Part shown: piece after piece, positions 8,519 through 18,230 of the stretch
Numbering within the stretch: position 1 is the first letter of the stretch
Layout: each line of letters starts with the position of its first letter
Origin: an uncultured virus (IMG/VR IMGVR_UViG_3300025277_000017)
Lineage: Duplodnaviria; Heunggongvirae; Uroviricota; Caudoviricetes
Length of the DNA stretch: 64,000 nt
Direction: 5' to 3' (one strand)
Virus record (IMG/VR): IMGVR_UViG_3300025277_000017
Program-made: the position numbers and the translations under genes
The notes under the pieces: model-generated
What the model was told of the DNA's origin: nothing
The model's input: only the letters and a program-made list of their open reading frames with translations
Databases searched by the model: none

Positions 8519-11500
8519 GTGCGGCTATTCCCCCTCTCCTGTACGCCGGAAGTCCTTTCGAAATTTTAAACAACGCCTCGTTATTTCCCTTCAAGTAAAT
8601 CATCGGAACTTTCCAGCCTACACCTTTATCGTCTATTATAGACGTTTCTATAATTTTTGCACCACTTTTCTTTGAAACTTTTCTCAAGGCGTCCTTTACC
8701 ATTGGTCCGTACGCTACAAGGTTTCCGTGGAAACTTTGATCCGTTGGCCGAAGTCCCCTGTTCTTGATTGCGGACGTCGCAACGGCAACGCCGTCATATC
8801 CCCCTTCCTGCGCCATCTTCGTCGCGTACTTGATGACAAACTCATTGTAGTCCTCCGTCTTGCTGTACGGTCCCTGCGGAATCTTGGTTGTCGCCGGAGT
8901 GGCCTTTTTCTTGCTCTCGTCAATTATTTTTCTTATCCTTGTTCTTTCCCTGTTAAGCTTCGCTATTCGTTTTTGAGTTGCCACCGTCTGCGGCTGTGAC
9001 GCCAAGTCATCAATCTTGGCAACAATCAACTTGAACTGTTCCTCATTTACCTTATCCGATGCACTCACGGGAAGCGGAACGTCTCCGCGTGGAGCATAGC
9101 GTGAGTGCATCAGTGTTTGTGGATTAACCGTTTCCCCTCTCTGTAAAGCCTTACTAGCCACCCTCTTCGCCGCGTTGATTGGCTGGTGCATGTCTGACTG
9201 TATTTCCTCTATGAAGAGGATCCTGTTTCCTAACTCATCCGTCCTGTCGGTCATTCGCATGTGAACGAAGGCATTTTCCCCTGCCTTATCAGGCATTCTA
9301 AAGTCATGCGCATATTTGTAAACAGGCTCGCCCTTCCGCATGCTTCCGGGGGTGTACCTGAAGAGGAGCTCGCGTGGGTTCTCGCCTCCACCCAGTGTCT
9401 GCGTTCCTGCAAACTGGGGCTTTCCTGCGTATTCCTTCAGCCCGGCCGTTCTCTTTCCTGCGGCACTGGAAAGCTGCGCAACCATCTTTTTCATGTCAAA
9501 CGGAAAGTTCTTCGGAACGCCGGCATCGAGTGCGTTAGCGACGCCGTAGTTGTCAAATATGTAATTGTCAACGCTCTTAAGTATTGAATCCGCCTCTGTC
9601 CTGAAGAAAGGTTCCGCGCCTTCCTTCAATCCGCGGTTAAGCTGTTCCTCCGCTGATTTCAGGAGCCTGAAGAATCCAGCCTGTTTTTGGTCACGGTATG
9701 CCTGTGGGTCGATTTTGGCGAGGCTTTTTGAAAGTTTTTCCATCATTTCCCCTCCAATCTCTCGTCCGGCAACCTCTACGTCCATCTTCGGCGCAATCCT
9801 GTCAAACGCGTCCGCGAGTACCTTTTTGGGTATGATCTTGTTCTTGTACTGTGATAATAACGGCGCGAGTGAGGTGTCATTCAGTTCCTCATGCCTGATG
9901 GCAGGAAGTTCCTGACTTACCCTTCGCGTTTCATCCGTCACGCCTGCTGACGCACGCTGTTCCAGTTTCAATCTTGCAAGGGTGTCATTCGCCTGCTTAA
10001 CCTTTAATTTATGTGCCTGAAGTAATTTACTTGCGGCAATAACGTCAGGGTGGGAGCTGTTCCCCCTGTGCATTTTCATCAATCCGCCAAAATTTTCTCT
10101 AATACCTTTTCCTTCCGCCATCACCATTCTAAGATTGGTTTCCGCTTCCTTAAACACCGCTTGGGGTTTCATCCCCATCAGATAGTCAAGCCACTGCTGG
10201 CCCGTCATGCCCTCCTGCGGGGAAGCGATGATCTTTTCCCTTGAGCCCCAGAATATGGCTCCTGGCTGATCCGGATCCCCGTATTTTGTTCCTTTTGCTA
10301 TTTTAATTTTTTTACCCACCATTCCAAGATCCACTTCCGGCGCAGGTTCACTTACACCTTCTTTTGTCTTGGGTGGTCGTTTTCCAAATATCTTAAACGT
10401 TGAGGCGTCCTGTGTTCTTAGTTTTGCAAGGTCGTCTAAAGCAAGTTGTGCACCCTCAAGTGTTTGAAAATCCCTATCCAATATTCTAACACCACTCTCA
10501 TCCGTTAATGTGTAAGGACCTTTTGGCGGTTTATACATCCTTGCCTTTGCCGGCCTTGCTCTTGTTGCGTACTGAGTCAACTTTCCTAGAACCTTCGGTG
10601 CGAATTTCATCACTATTCCTCCTCCCGCAAAGCTCTGCGGGTTTGCCCTTATCATTGCCACAGCGTCGTCGACGCTGAATTTTTCCGCCATGCCGCCTTT
10701 GTTCATTCTGGGTGTTATGCCCCAAAAGGAATGTGGGCCTCCATGTTCAAATTGAGAAGGAGAATAATTCCAATAAGGGTCATCAATAGATTCCGTGTAA
10801 CCCCTTCCAGGGGGTCCTACTATTCTATTGTATTTATTAGGATCTTTATCAAACATTGTTGCCCCACCAGTAAAATCTTCTACATTACCCCTCAAAATTT
10901 CTGCAGCGTATTGATAATATGGATGTTTTTCCGTCATATCAAAATCCCAAAAATTAAGATTCTTTTCGCTACGGAAAGGAGTGAATTGACCTTGTCCAGC
11001 AATAACTCTTTTTATTGGAGAATAATTTTCATATCCCTGCAAGCCATAAGTGGTATCAGGTCCTTTATAACTAGCTCTATTTTGAATTACATGTCCAATT
11101 GCTTGTGCATCTCTAAAATTACCCCCACCACCAGGTGAACTTTCAGCATACATCATTCTCGCCAATGCTTCCACATCACTCATATTTTTAAGTTTAATCG
11201 TGCGTCTACTTTCATCTACTTGAGGTTTATAATCACGCATGCTCGTTCCGCCGCGGTAGTATCCGTGTATGCCTTTTCCTCCACGGAACTGATCTTCCCA
11301 TTTCATCATAGCGTCCTCATCAATGGTTTTTTGCATCTGATCAATCTCTTTTTTATATTTTTTTGTTATTGATGACTTGCTGAGCATGTTCTTCATCTTC
11401 CCCACCGTTCCGAACACATTACCAGAAGGTGAGAACGAGTCAACGAAACTCTCAAATATGTTTGAATACGAATTGTCCATGCCATCAACAGATGCGTAAT

Positions 11501-13601
11501 CAACCATCATATCATCCGCATCACCTTTCAATATGCCTAGTTCTCTCTCAAGCTGTGACTTATTTGTAGTAAAAGGGTATTCAATCCAGTCATCCTTCGC
11601 TATGTCCTCTCCGCCGGCCTCCATGTGCCAGTTATCATCAACGAACCTCGTCTCCTTGTTGATCTTGTCAATCACCACGTGCTGGTCGTTGCCGTGGTCG
11701 TAAGCCTTGTTCTTCCATGTTATGGTTGTCTGACCCGGTTCCTCCGTCAAGACCACGTCGTCCCACCATTCATCGCCGCCCTTTGATTTAGGAACCAACT
11801 CCTCGGCCTTCACCTGATCGCTCGTCTTTATCCTGTAATGGCTTTCCGTTCCCGTCTCTCCCCCGTACAACTTGATTTTCTTAGAACCAAGCTTTTGAAC
11901 TTGAGAGTTATTGCCCATCCTGAACACGGTTTTCGCGGTTATAGGAACATCCTTCAATGCTGAAAGCATTCCGTTCACCCACGGTGGGGCAAATGACAGT
12001 GCCGCTTTCTTCGCGGCTGGTGCCGCAAGTTTCATTGCCGATTTTGGAATCGCCGCGGCGGCGGCCGTCGCTCCTACGCCCTTCATGAATTTTCTTCTTG
12101 ACATCATTCCAAGGCTCTCACCCAGAAGCTTCTTGATCAGCCCGCCTCCGGCATAGCCGTTGACTATTCCGCCTTCGTTCATTCCGCTAAATTTAATCTT
12201 TTCCATTTTCTGTGTTTCGGGGTTTAAAAACTTCATTTGTTTTGTAGGATACTGCCTTGGAAGATCCTCCACAAGAGGACGTATAAAACTTTTACTCTGA
12301 TCATACCATTTTCCATAAATTACGTCATCAATATTTGACTGCACCCCTATCGCACGCATGTCATCATCCCATCCTGCCAATTCAAACTCAATTTCCCATC
12401 TTCTATCAGGATCCGTCGTCTCCTTCCTCATCTTTCGCAATTTTCTTACATTAAACTCCGCGGTGCTGTGTTTCATGTTCCTTACCCATGTGGAAAGGGC
12501 TTTCGCCATTTCAGGACTTCTATGCATGCTGAAAGTTTCATGAAGAGCCTGCATGAACGTCCTTCCATGCTTTAAAAGACCCTCCGCCGTCTTCTTTAAT
12601 TCAGGGGTTAGGTTACTTAAAACAATATTATTTAGCTGTTGTTCCCTTTTCTTCCTTCTTGATTTTATTAAGGTAAATTTTTGACTTTGCCTGCTCTTAG
12701 CTTGGGTAAAATGATCCACTGCTTGTCTTAGCCTCCCAGTGGGGGAGACGCTTGATGTAGTTATATCGGTTCCCTTTGGAGTGCCATAACGGCTGATTGT
12801 CTTTTCCAAAGGGGGATTGTGGGCTTTTCTTATACGACTAATTATCGCCTCATTAACTGACGGAATACCTTGAGGGCTGAGACTAGAAAATCTTGGATCC
12901 TTCGCCATGTCGCGCGTGTGAGTGGTTAGATACCTGGGCTGTTTGGTTACTGGGTCTATTTCCTTTAAATAATTTTCAACATCAATTTCTTTTTTTACCC
13001 TGCCTCTAGTCAGTGGATATCTATTTAAGTTTGTTCTTAATGGAAAATCTGGAACAGCTGCTTTAATAGTTCCTGACAGAGTTCCACTTGGTTGTGTAGC
13101 TACTGAAATAGGCCCATACCCTTTCTTAGTTCTTTCCTTGTTAATTAGCCGTGCCAACAATGGGTTAGTAAGCCTGTCCATTCCCATGGGCCTACCCATG
13201 AATTCATAATCACCATATTTTGAATACAAGTTCTTTATAATGGGAATATCTATCAATTGACGCGCATAGTAATCGGTATAAAGAGGCTTATATTCGTCTT
13301 TAATTGTTCTACGTTTACGGCCGGGGATATGCTCTGTGTGTTCTCTAGGAACTTTGACGTTTCCAACATAATAATGTGTTCCTTTTGGCTTTGGTACTGT
13401 ATTTGCTACATATTTATTAACCCCTTTATGTTTCTTTATTTTTACATGGGGTGAATCCCTGTCAAAATAACGCATAGGCCTAGCGCCTGTTTCATCACGC
13501 GACACTCTAACAGCAACATCATTAGGTCTCTTGTTCTTTTGTGTTCTCCCTAATTTAGATAGCTGTTTTAAAGTTAACTCTGCTGCTTTTTTAACTACCA
13601 T
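8505..13601 (-). CDS. Giant multidomain virion protein with cell-wall hydrolase (SleB/Hydrolase_2-like) module
   Basis: 1698 aa; EALARMMYAES..AIGHVIQNR..VIAGQGQF; C-terminal HMRMTDR..LFIEEIQSDMHQ motif of large phage proteins. Confidence 0.75.
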   Translation of the reverse strand: MVVKKAAELTLKQLSKLGRTQKNKRPNDVAVRVSRDETGARPMRYFDRDSPHVKIKKHKGVNKYVANTVPKPKGTHYYVGNVKVPREHTEHIPGRKRRTIKDEYKPLYTDYYARQLIDIPIIKNLYSKYGDYEFMGRPMGMDRLTNPLLARLINKERTKKGYGPISVATQPSGTLSGTIKAAVPDFPLRTNLNRYPLTRGRVKKEIDVENYLKEIDPVTKQPRYLTTHTRDMAKDPRFSSLSPQGIPSVNEAIISRIRKAHNPPLEKTISRYGTPKGTDITTSSVSPTGRLRQAVDHFTQAKSRQSQKFTLIKSRRKKREQQLNNIVLSNLTPELKKTAEGLLKHGRTFMQALHETFSMHRSPEMAKALSTWVRNMKHSTAEFNVRKLRKMRKETTDPDRRWEIEFELAGWDDDMRAIGVQSNIDDVIYGKWYDQSKSFIRPLVEDLPRQYPTKQMKFLNPETQKMEKIKFSGMNEGGIVNGYAGGGLIKKLLGESLGMMSRRKFMKGVGATAAAAAIPKSAMKLAAPAAKKAALSFAPPWVNGMLSALKDVPITAKTVFRMGNNSQVQKLGSKKIKLYGGETGTESHYRIKTSDQVKAEELVPKSKGGDEWWDDVVLTEEPGQTTITWKNKAYDHGNDQHVVIDKINKETRFVDDNWHMEAGGEDIAKDDWIEYPFTTNKSQLERELGILKGDADDMMVDYASVDGMDNSYSNIFESFVDSFSPSGNVFGTVGKMKNMLSKSSITKKYKKEIDQMQKTIDEDAMMKWEDQFRGGKGIHGYYRGGTSMRDYKPQVDESRRTIKLKNMSDVEALARMMYAESSPGGGGNFRDAQAIGHVIQNRASYKGPDTTYGLQGYENYSPIKRVIAGQGQFTPFRSEKNLNFWDFDMTEKHPYYQYAAEILRGNVEDFTGGATMFDKDPNKYNRIVGPPGRGYTESIDDPYWNYSPSQFEHGGPHSFWGITPRMNKGGMAEKFSVDDAVAMIRANPQSFAGGGIVMKFAPKVLGKLTQYATRARPAKARMYKPPKGPYTLTDESGVRILDRDFQTLEGAQLALDDLAKLRTQDASTFKIFGKRPPKTKEGVSEPAPEVDLGMVGKKIKIAKGTKYGDPDQPGAIFWGSREKIIASPQEGMTGQQWLDYLMGMKPQAVFKEAETNLRMVMAEGKGIRENFGGLMKMHRGNSSHPDVIAASKLLQAHKLKVKQANDTLARLKLEQRASAGVTDETRRVSQELPAIRHEELNDTSLAPLLSQYKNKIIPKKVLADAFDRIAPKMDVEVAGREIGGEMMEKLSKSLAKIDPQAYRDQKQAGFFRLLKSAEEQLNRGLKEGAEPFFRTEADSILKSVDNYIFDNYGVANALDAGVPKNFPFDMKKMVAQLSSAAGKRTAGLKEYAGKPQFAGTQTLGGGENPRELLFRYTPGSMRKGEPVYKYAHDFRMPDKAGENAFVHMRMTDRTDELGNRILFIEEIQSDMHQPINAAKRVASKALQRGETVNPQTLMHSRYAPRGDVPLPVSASDKVNEEQFKLIVAKIDDLASQPQTVATQKRIAKLNRERTRIRKIIDESKKKATPATTKIPQGPYSKTEDYNEFVIKYATKMAQEGGYDGVAVATSAIKNRGLRPTDQSFHGNLVAYGPMVKDALRKVSKKSGAKIIETSIIDDKGVGWKVPMIYLKGNNEALFKISKGLPAYRRGGIAAHGRQ

Positions 13602-14978
13602 CTACGGACCTTCCTGGCGCATCCGTAAATATTGATCAAGAAGTTCCAGGCCAGCAGGCGGCACGAAATACTGCCCTCCTAGTTTTCTGGTAAGGTTTAT
13701 ATTCTTAGCTCCTTGGCCTATTAATGACGGTGAAATTTGGCTCATGTAGTTCAACATTTTAGGTGAATTTTTTAATGAATATCTAGCTGCAGCTGGAAGT
13801 CCCATAGTTGCAATTGCATCCCCTATTGTATCAAGCCCATGCAGAAATCCTGCGTTCTCCGGATCGGAATATTTAAGCAACCCACGATCCTCCCAGTTTA
13901 CAAGTAATTCAACAAGGGGGTCGTAGGCGCCGAATGAAAATTCATCACTGTATGGAATTCCAAATCCAGTCATTACATCAGGCGACATGTGGAATCCGTA
14001 CTCGTCCATCATTTCACGCTCATACTCCTTCATGACATATTCACTTACCTGCTCCCCATATCTATCACTGACTTTGTCTGTAAATATATTTGCTACGTCA
14101 TCAGCGTATGCTTTATTCCACTGCTCATATGTCCTGTTCCCTTGCGGATTGTCCATTTCCCATTTTTCTTTGTCCAATTCTTTTTCTGATTTTTTCCACA
14201 GATCTTCCTCAGCGGCTTGTGTCATGAGGTCACTGATATGCCCTTCTTCCCAGTCCCATCCTTTGTCAATCCACTTATTAAGGATATCGTCGCTTAATTT
14301 TGGATCGCGCAATGGGTTTTCATTGTAGCCCGGCCACCATCCCTGAGTTAGATAGTCAAGGTAATACCCCGTCGCACCCGTTCCGGAATGTTCTGACGGA
14401 TCAAAATGTATTCCCATTGGATTGTACCATGATGCGTGCTTTGCCTTTCTGTCTGGATCATCATAGTCCCATAATGCTTCTGTTTCTACGTCCAGCCCAG
14501 CTAATCTTGGAATTGAGCGAGCTGCCTCCTGAATACCCTGTGCCACATACCCCAAGGTATTGACTGGAACTTTCCACATGTCACCTATTTGTCGTTTCCA
14601 GTCACGTTCAGTGTCACCAGCAACGGGAGTTCCTGTCTCATATGATCTGTGCCATTTCTTAAAAGATTCAGGAACTGTTTCTGTTCCCCAATTAACAATC
14701 GCTTCATTTACTGGATCTAGCCAACGGCTAGCTTCTGGATAAATTGACTCGATGACATTCATCGTTGGGCTAATATAATTTCTATCTTTATTACTTTGGC
14801 TATATAAGTCTACACCCACACGTTCAGGTTTTTCCTTAAAAAATCTGTCTGAGACATAATCCTTAATTCCACTGGCCAGGGACACTATTCCGCTGCCAGG
14901 AACTCCCCATATTGCATCACCAAACTCCGGTTTTGATCTTTCCTTATATTTTTTTTTGCTATACTCTTCTATGCCCAT
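13602..14978 (-). CDS. Hypothetical acidic, Trp-rich protein
   Basis: 458 aa, TGATG-coupled to terL. Confidence 0.75.
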   Translation of the reverse strand: MGIEEYSKKKYKERSKPEFGDAIWGVPGSGIVSLASGIKDYVSDRFFKEKPERVGVDLYSQSNKDRNYISPTMNVIESIYPEASRWLDPVNEAIVNWGTETVPESFKKWHRSYETGTPVAGDTERDWKRQIGDMWKVPVNTLGYVAQGIQEAARSIPRLAGLDVETEALWDYDDPDRKAKHASWYNPMGIHFDPSEHSGTGATGYYLDYLTQGWWPGYNENPLRDPKLSDDILNKWIDKGWDWEEGHISDLMTQAAEEDLWKKSEKELDKEKWEMDNPQGNRTYEQWNKAYADDVANIFTDKVSDRYGEQVSEYVMKEYEREMMDEYGFHMSPDVMTGFGIPYSDEFSFGAYDPLVELLVNWEDRGLLKYSDPENAGFLHGLDTIGDAIATMGLPAAARYSLKNSPKMLNYMSQISPSLIGQGAKNINLTRKLGGQYFVPPAGLELLDQYLRMRQEGP

Positions 14979-16441
14979 CAGTAGTATTCTCTCCCCAGTT
15001 GCGCGTGTTCAGTCTTATCATCCTTGAAGTCATCTTTCAAGGAAACATAGTATCCTTGACGATAACGCATCAACGCCTGCGTGGTAGAATCCACGTAGTC
15101 ATCATTGTCTCCGAAGGGGAAGGCCGCGCATTCCTCGATCACTTCCTCAGCGAATTTTTTATTGGGCGCCCATATCGCCCCCGACTCAAAGAGCGGGGCT
15201 ACGCTGTTTACCCTCGAGTGCTTATCGTTGCCTCTTGAGGGTGTGTAATTTATAACAGGTATTCCTGCCTTTTGCAACTCATGAGTTAACGGAAGGCCGG
15301 ATGCCTTCGCCTCTATCAATATCATCTCCGGCTCCCAGTACTTGTACTCCTCCATCGCCTTCTTTTTCAGCTCAGGAAAGTTCCATCGCCCCCTTTTTGC
15401 GTCAAGGAGTATAAGGGACTCCCGGTCGTCCTCCGACGGCGAAAATACGCCCCATGTCGTGATTGCCGAGAAATCGGCCGTCTCTTTTTTCGAATACGCC
15501 GTGTCATAGGACTGAATTATGTATTTCAATTCAGGAATATCGTCTTTTTCCCATTTTTTCCACCATTCACGCTTAATTAGGGCTCCTTCCTCGGAAGTTG
15601 GGTTCTGCATCCACTGCGCGTTCCATTTTGTGAGCGGAATGGACGCTTTTACCTTATTCAGGTTGTCCATGTCCCAAAAATTTCCCCACATTGGCTTTTC
15701 GTTCAAAATAGCCGGAAATTCGACGATTTCCCACTGGTCAGCCATCGCTTCCTTGCCCTGTTCCACCAAAAGCCGTCCTGTTAGGTCCTTTACGGACCAT
15801 CTTGTCATTACAAGGACTATGGCACCGCCAGGTTGAAGACGCTGGCGAGGACCAGAAGTATACCACTCATAATGACCGTCCAGCACAGTAGGAGACAGAG
15901 CATCCTGTTCTGAGTGAGGATCATCAATAACCAGCAAATCGGCACCACGGCCAGTAATAGCGCCCCCGACACCAGCAGCAAAATACTCCCCGCCATGATT
16001 CGACTCCCAACGCCCAGCAGCCTTAGAATCCGCCGCCAAATGGACACCAGGAAAGACTTTAGCATATTCATCCGACTCCAATAAGTTCTTTGTCTTGCGA
16101 CCGAAGCGAATTGATAGCTCTCCGGTGTGTGTTGTTTGTATCAGCTTTGCCTTTGGGTGTCTACCCATGAAAAATGCGGGGAACAAATGTGACGCGAACT
16201 CCGATTTTGTGTGCCTTGGCGGCATGTTTACGATTAACCGCTTCAATTCGCCATTTGCAACGCGGTTCAGCTTCTCAGCATAGATTCTGTGGTGATATCC
16301 CTCGATAAAATCGGGCCAAACGGACTTTACAAAGGTCAAAAAGTCCTTTTGTGTTGCTTCCTGCTTATCTAATATTGCGTTTTTAAGGATATATTTCAAA
16401 GTTTGGGTGTCCAAACTTTCCAATTTAGAAATGTTTTGCAT
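14978..16441 (-). CDS. terL: Terminase large subunit
   Basis: MPPRHTKS Walker A, LLVIDDP Walker B, VMTRW, SYDTA and DDYVDS nuclease motifs. Confidence 0.95.
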   Translation of the reverse strand: MQNISKLESLDTQTLKYILKNAILDKQEATQKDFLTFVKSVWPDFIEGYHHRIYAEKLNRVANGELKRLIVNMPPRHTKSEFASHLFPAFFMGRHPKAKLIQTTHTGELSIRFGRKTKNLLESDEYAKVFPGVHLAADSKAAGRWESNHGGEYFAAGVGGAITGRGADLLVIDDPHSEQDALSPTVLDGHYEWYTSGPRQRLQPGGAIVLVMTRWSVKDLTGRLLVEQGKEAMADQWEIVEFPAILNEKPMWGNFWDMDNLNKVKASIPLTKWNAQWMQNPTSEEGALIKREWWKKWEKDDIPELKYIIQSYDTAYSKKETADFSAITTWGVFSPSEDDRESLILLDAKRGRWNFPELKKKAMEEYKYWEPEMILIEAKASGLPLTHELQKAGIPVINYTPSRGNDKHSRVNSVAPLFESGAIWAPNKKFAEEVIEECAAFPFGDNDDYVDSTTQALMRYRQGYYVSLKDDFKDDKTEHAQLGREYY

Positions 16442-16628
16442 TTTTTAAAAATTTTTCTCCCTGGAGTCCCTTTATAACGTTTTTACACGTAATTGTCACT
16501 CTCAAACTCACCTTTAGATTTTTCAAAGCATGCTTATTGAAAAAGGGGGGGGATAGGGGTCGGAGCTTGGAGCTTCCAGACCGGGCGGCGAGTTTACGAG
16601 CCGCATAAACACCCGGGCGCGCGACTTG

Positions 16629-16646
16629 TGTTGTATTTATGCAACA
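16629..16646. promoter_or_regulatory. 18-bp imperfect palindrome, copy 1
   Basis: TGTTGTATTTATGCAACA; exact reverse complement at 25519-25536. Confidence 0.55.
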
Positions 16647-16684
16647 CCACTACATCTAGTATGCTTCGACCCACTACATCTTGT
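16647..16684. promoter_or_regulatory. Two tandem NrdR-box-like sites
   Basis: CCACTACATCTAGT (16647-16660) and CCACTACATCTTGT (16671-16684) resemble acaCwAtATaTwGtgt. Confidence 0.55.
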
Positions 16685-16694
16685 ACCTGGGCAC

Positions 16695-16726
16695 AAAAAA
16701 AGGGCTACTCCTTGATGTAGCCCTTT
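16695..16726 (-). terminator. Intrinsic terminator closing the early cassette region
   Basis: Minus strand AAAGGGCTAC-ATCAAGGA-GTAGCCC-TTTTTTT. Confidence 0.85.
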
Positions 16727-16752
16727 GATCGTTGATATCAACTAGGAGAACT

Positions 16753-17076
16753 CTATTGAGCTAAACCCAATCTCTTAAGTAAATAACCAATGTCCTTTTG
16801 CAAGTGCTGAATTAACTCTAATGATTTAGTATTATCATTGTCTTTGTTTTCAACAACCCATTCAACAAGGCTATTCATAATAACACCACTTACTAGCTTC
16901 CAATCCATGCTGTTAGCTTTTGGAACTGAAGCAATAGCAGACTTGATGTCTGTTATTGTTGCTTGATCTTTGGTGTATTCAATTACTTCATTAATAACTG
17001 AACTAATGTCCACATTACTGACTGAAGTCGGTTTTTCGTTTCTTGGATCGTTTGTAGTCGTTACTTCTTTCGTCAT
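16753..17076 (-). CDS. Hypothetical early protein
   Basis: 107 aa, AGGAG SD, followed by terminator. Confidence 0.8.
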   Translation of the reverse strand: MTKEVTTTNDPRNEKPTSVSNVDISSVINEVIEYTKDQATITDIKSAIASVPKANSMDWKLVSGVIMNSLVEWVVENKDNDNTKSLELIQHLQKDIGYLLKRLGLAQ

Positions 17077-17173
17077 TTCTATTTCTCCTTTAAAATATTA
17101 CTATCATTATTAATATGATAAGTAAAGCATAAAACCAAAATTTATAAGACATAATGTGTATAACTCCCGGGCA

Positions 17174-17257
17174 TTAAACTAAAAATACATTGTAAGCAAA
17201 GTAAAACATAACACCCCAAAAGATAGCAATATAAATAGCTAGAACAATCAAGTTCAT
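17174..17257 (-). CDS. Small hydrophobic peptide (27 aa)
   Basis: MNLIVLAIYIAIFWGVMFYFAYNVFLV; preceded by an 11-bp hairpin; no clear SD. Confidence 0.5.
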   Translation of the reverse strand: MNLIVLAIYIAIFWGVMFYFAYNVFLV

Positions 17258-17267
17258 TGTGTGTCTT

Positions 17268-17292
17268 TTGGTGTGGCATTTTGCCACACCAA
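17268..17292. other. Perfect 11-bp hairpin
   Basis: TTGGTGTGGCA-TTT-TGCCACACCAA. Confidence 0.6.
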
Positions 17293-17330
17293 CCTGAATG
17301 ATATTCTCCAAATTCTAATTTCAATTACTA

Positions 17331-17576
17331 TCATTGTACAACTCCGTTCACATGAGTAATGGTATTTGGGTTTACATTTGCCCAACGACTTTGTTCACCA
17401 TAACCATTACCAACCTTGTAAACTAGAACATAATCATTATGCTCTCTGTGTTCTCCATCAATATGTTTAGTCAAGCCTAAAATACCTCGATGGATATAAC
17501 CCTCTTCTCCACTATTCTTTAACCAACGAACAGAGAAAAGACCTTTAACTCTTGATTTAAAATCGTTCTTTGTCAT
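17331..17576 (-). CDS. Small beta-rich early protein (possibly SH3/Sm-like fold)
   Basis: 81 aa, AGGAG SD; FSVRWLKNSGE...WANVNPNTI pattern. Confidence 0.7.
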   Translation of the reverse strand: MTKNDFKSRVKGLFSVRWLKNSGEEGYIHRGILGLTKHIDGEHREHNDYVLVYKVGNGYGEQSRWANVNPNTITHVNGVVQ

Positions 17577-17598
17577 TTCTAATTCTCCTTATACTTAC

Positions 17599-17626
17599 AA
17601 TATAAGCATTTATTAGGGTATTTCAA
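17599..17626 (-). promoter_or_regulatory. Sigma70-like promoter
   Basis: TTGAAA-16-TATATT upstream of the 17576 gene. Confidence 0.5.
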
Positions 17627-17770
17627 GAAAACAATTAAGGTAATACTAAGGCATTTTCAAATGTGGCTGGAAGGAGGCTGCGTCCCGTGCGACCCGGGCG
17701 AACAATAAATGTCCTATCATCATGGAGTTTGAGAATGGGAGTTTGCAGGAGTTTGGGAGCTTAGAATGGC

Positions 17771-18000
17771 CTACTGATCAACCGAGGAAAGACTAAACTC
17801 CATTGCCATCTCCTTTAACGAGAGGACTTACAGATATGACTACCATGCCTCTCTATTGGGTGGAATATTCTTATCTAAAGCACCCAAATTCTTATGCTCG
17901 AATTGTGGTAAAGACCACGCTTCTGGTCAGTTTCCTAACTGTTCCGCAAAAAGAGAAACAGAGTGATTGATATCCCGACTTAAAAAACATCAATCAGTAG
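17771..18000 (-). ncRNA. Candidate structured non-coding RNA (~230 nt)
   Basis: Downstream of a near-consensus promoter; closing stem CTACTGAT/ATCAGTAG plus several internal hairpins; no convincing ORF. Confidence 0.45.
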
Positions 18001-18031
18001 TATCAAATACCTTTACTCTATTTCTACTCTC

Positions 18032-18079
18032 ATTATACTACGAATCCGATTCATAGTCAATGGCTGTTTATGTGGATAA
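18032..18079 (-). promoter_or_regulatory. Sigma70 promoter with upstream DnaA box
   Basis: TTGACT-17-TATAAT (18060-18032); TTATCCACA on minus at 18071-18079. Confidence 0.8.
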
Positions 18080-18230
18080 CTTTCCAGTCAGGAGGAACTT
18101 AAACGCCCGGCGCCCGGTGCGAACATCGACAGGATGCTCATCAAAATAAAACTGCGGTAAATAAGGGAGTTTGGGAGTTTTGGGGCGAGTATTGAGCTCG
18201 CCCCTTGAGGTGTAAATTTTATGAGTCATC

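Noticed and set aside
17142..17324. 60-aa minus-strand ORF in the track
   Set aside because: TTG start without SD and runs through a strong hairpin; the 27-aa hydrophobic frame 17174-17257 is more plausible
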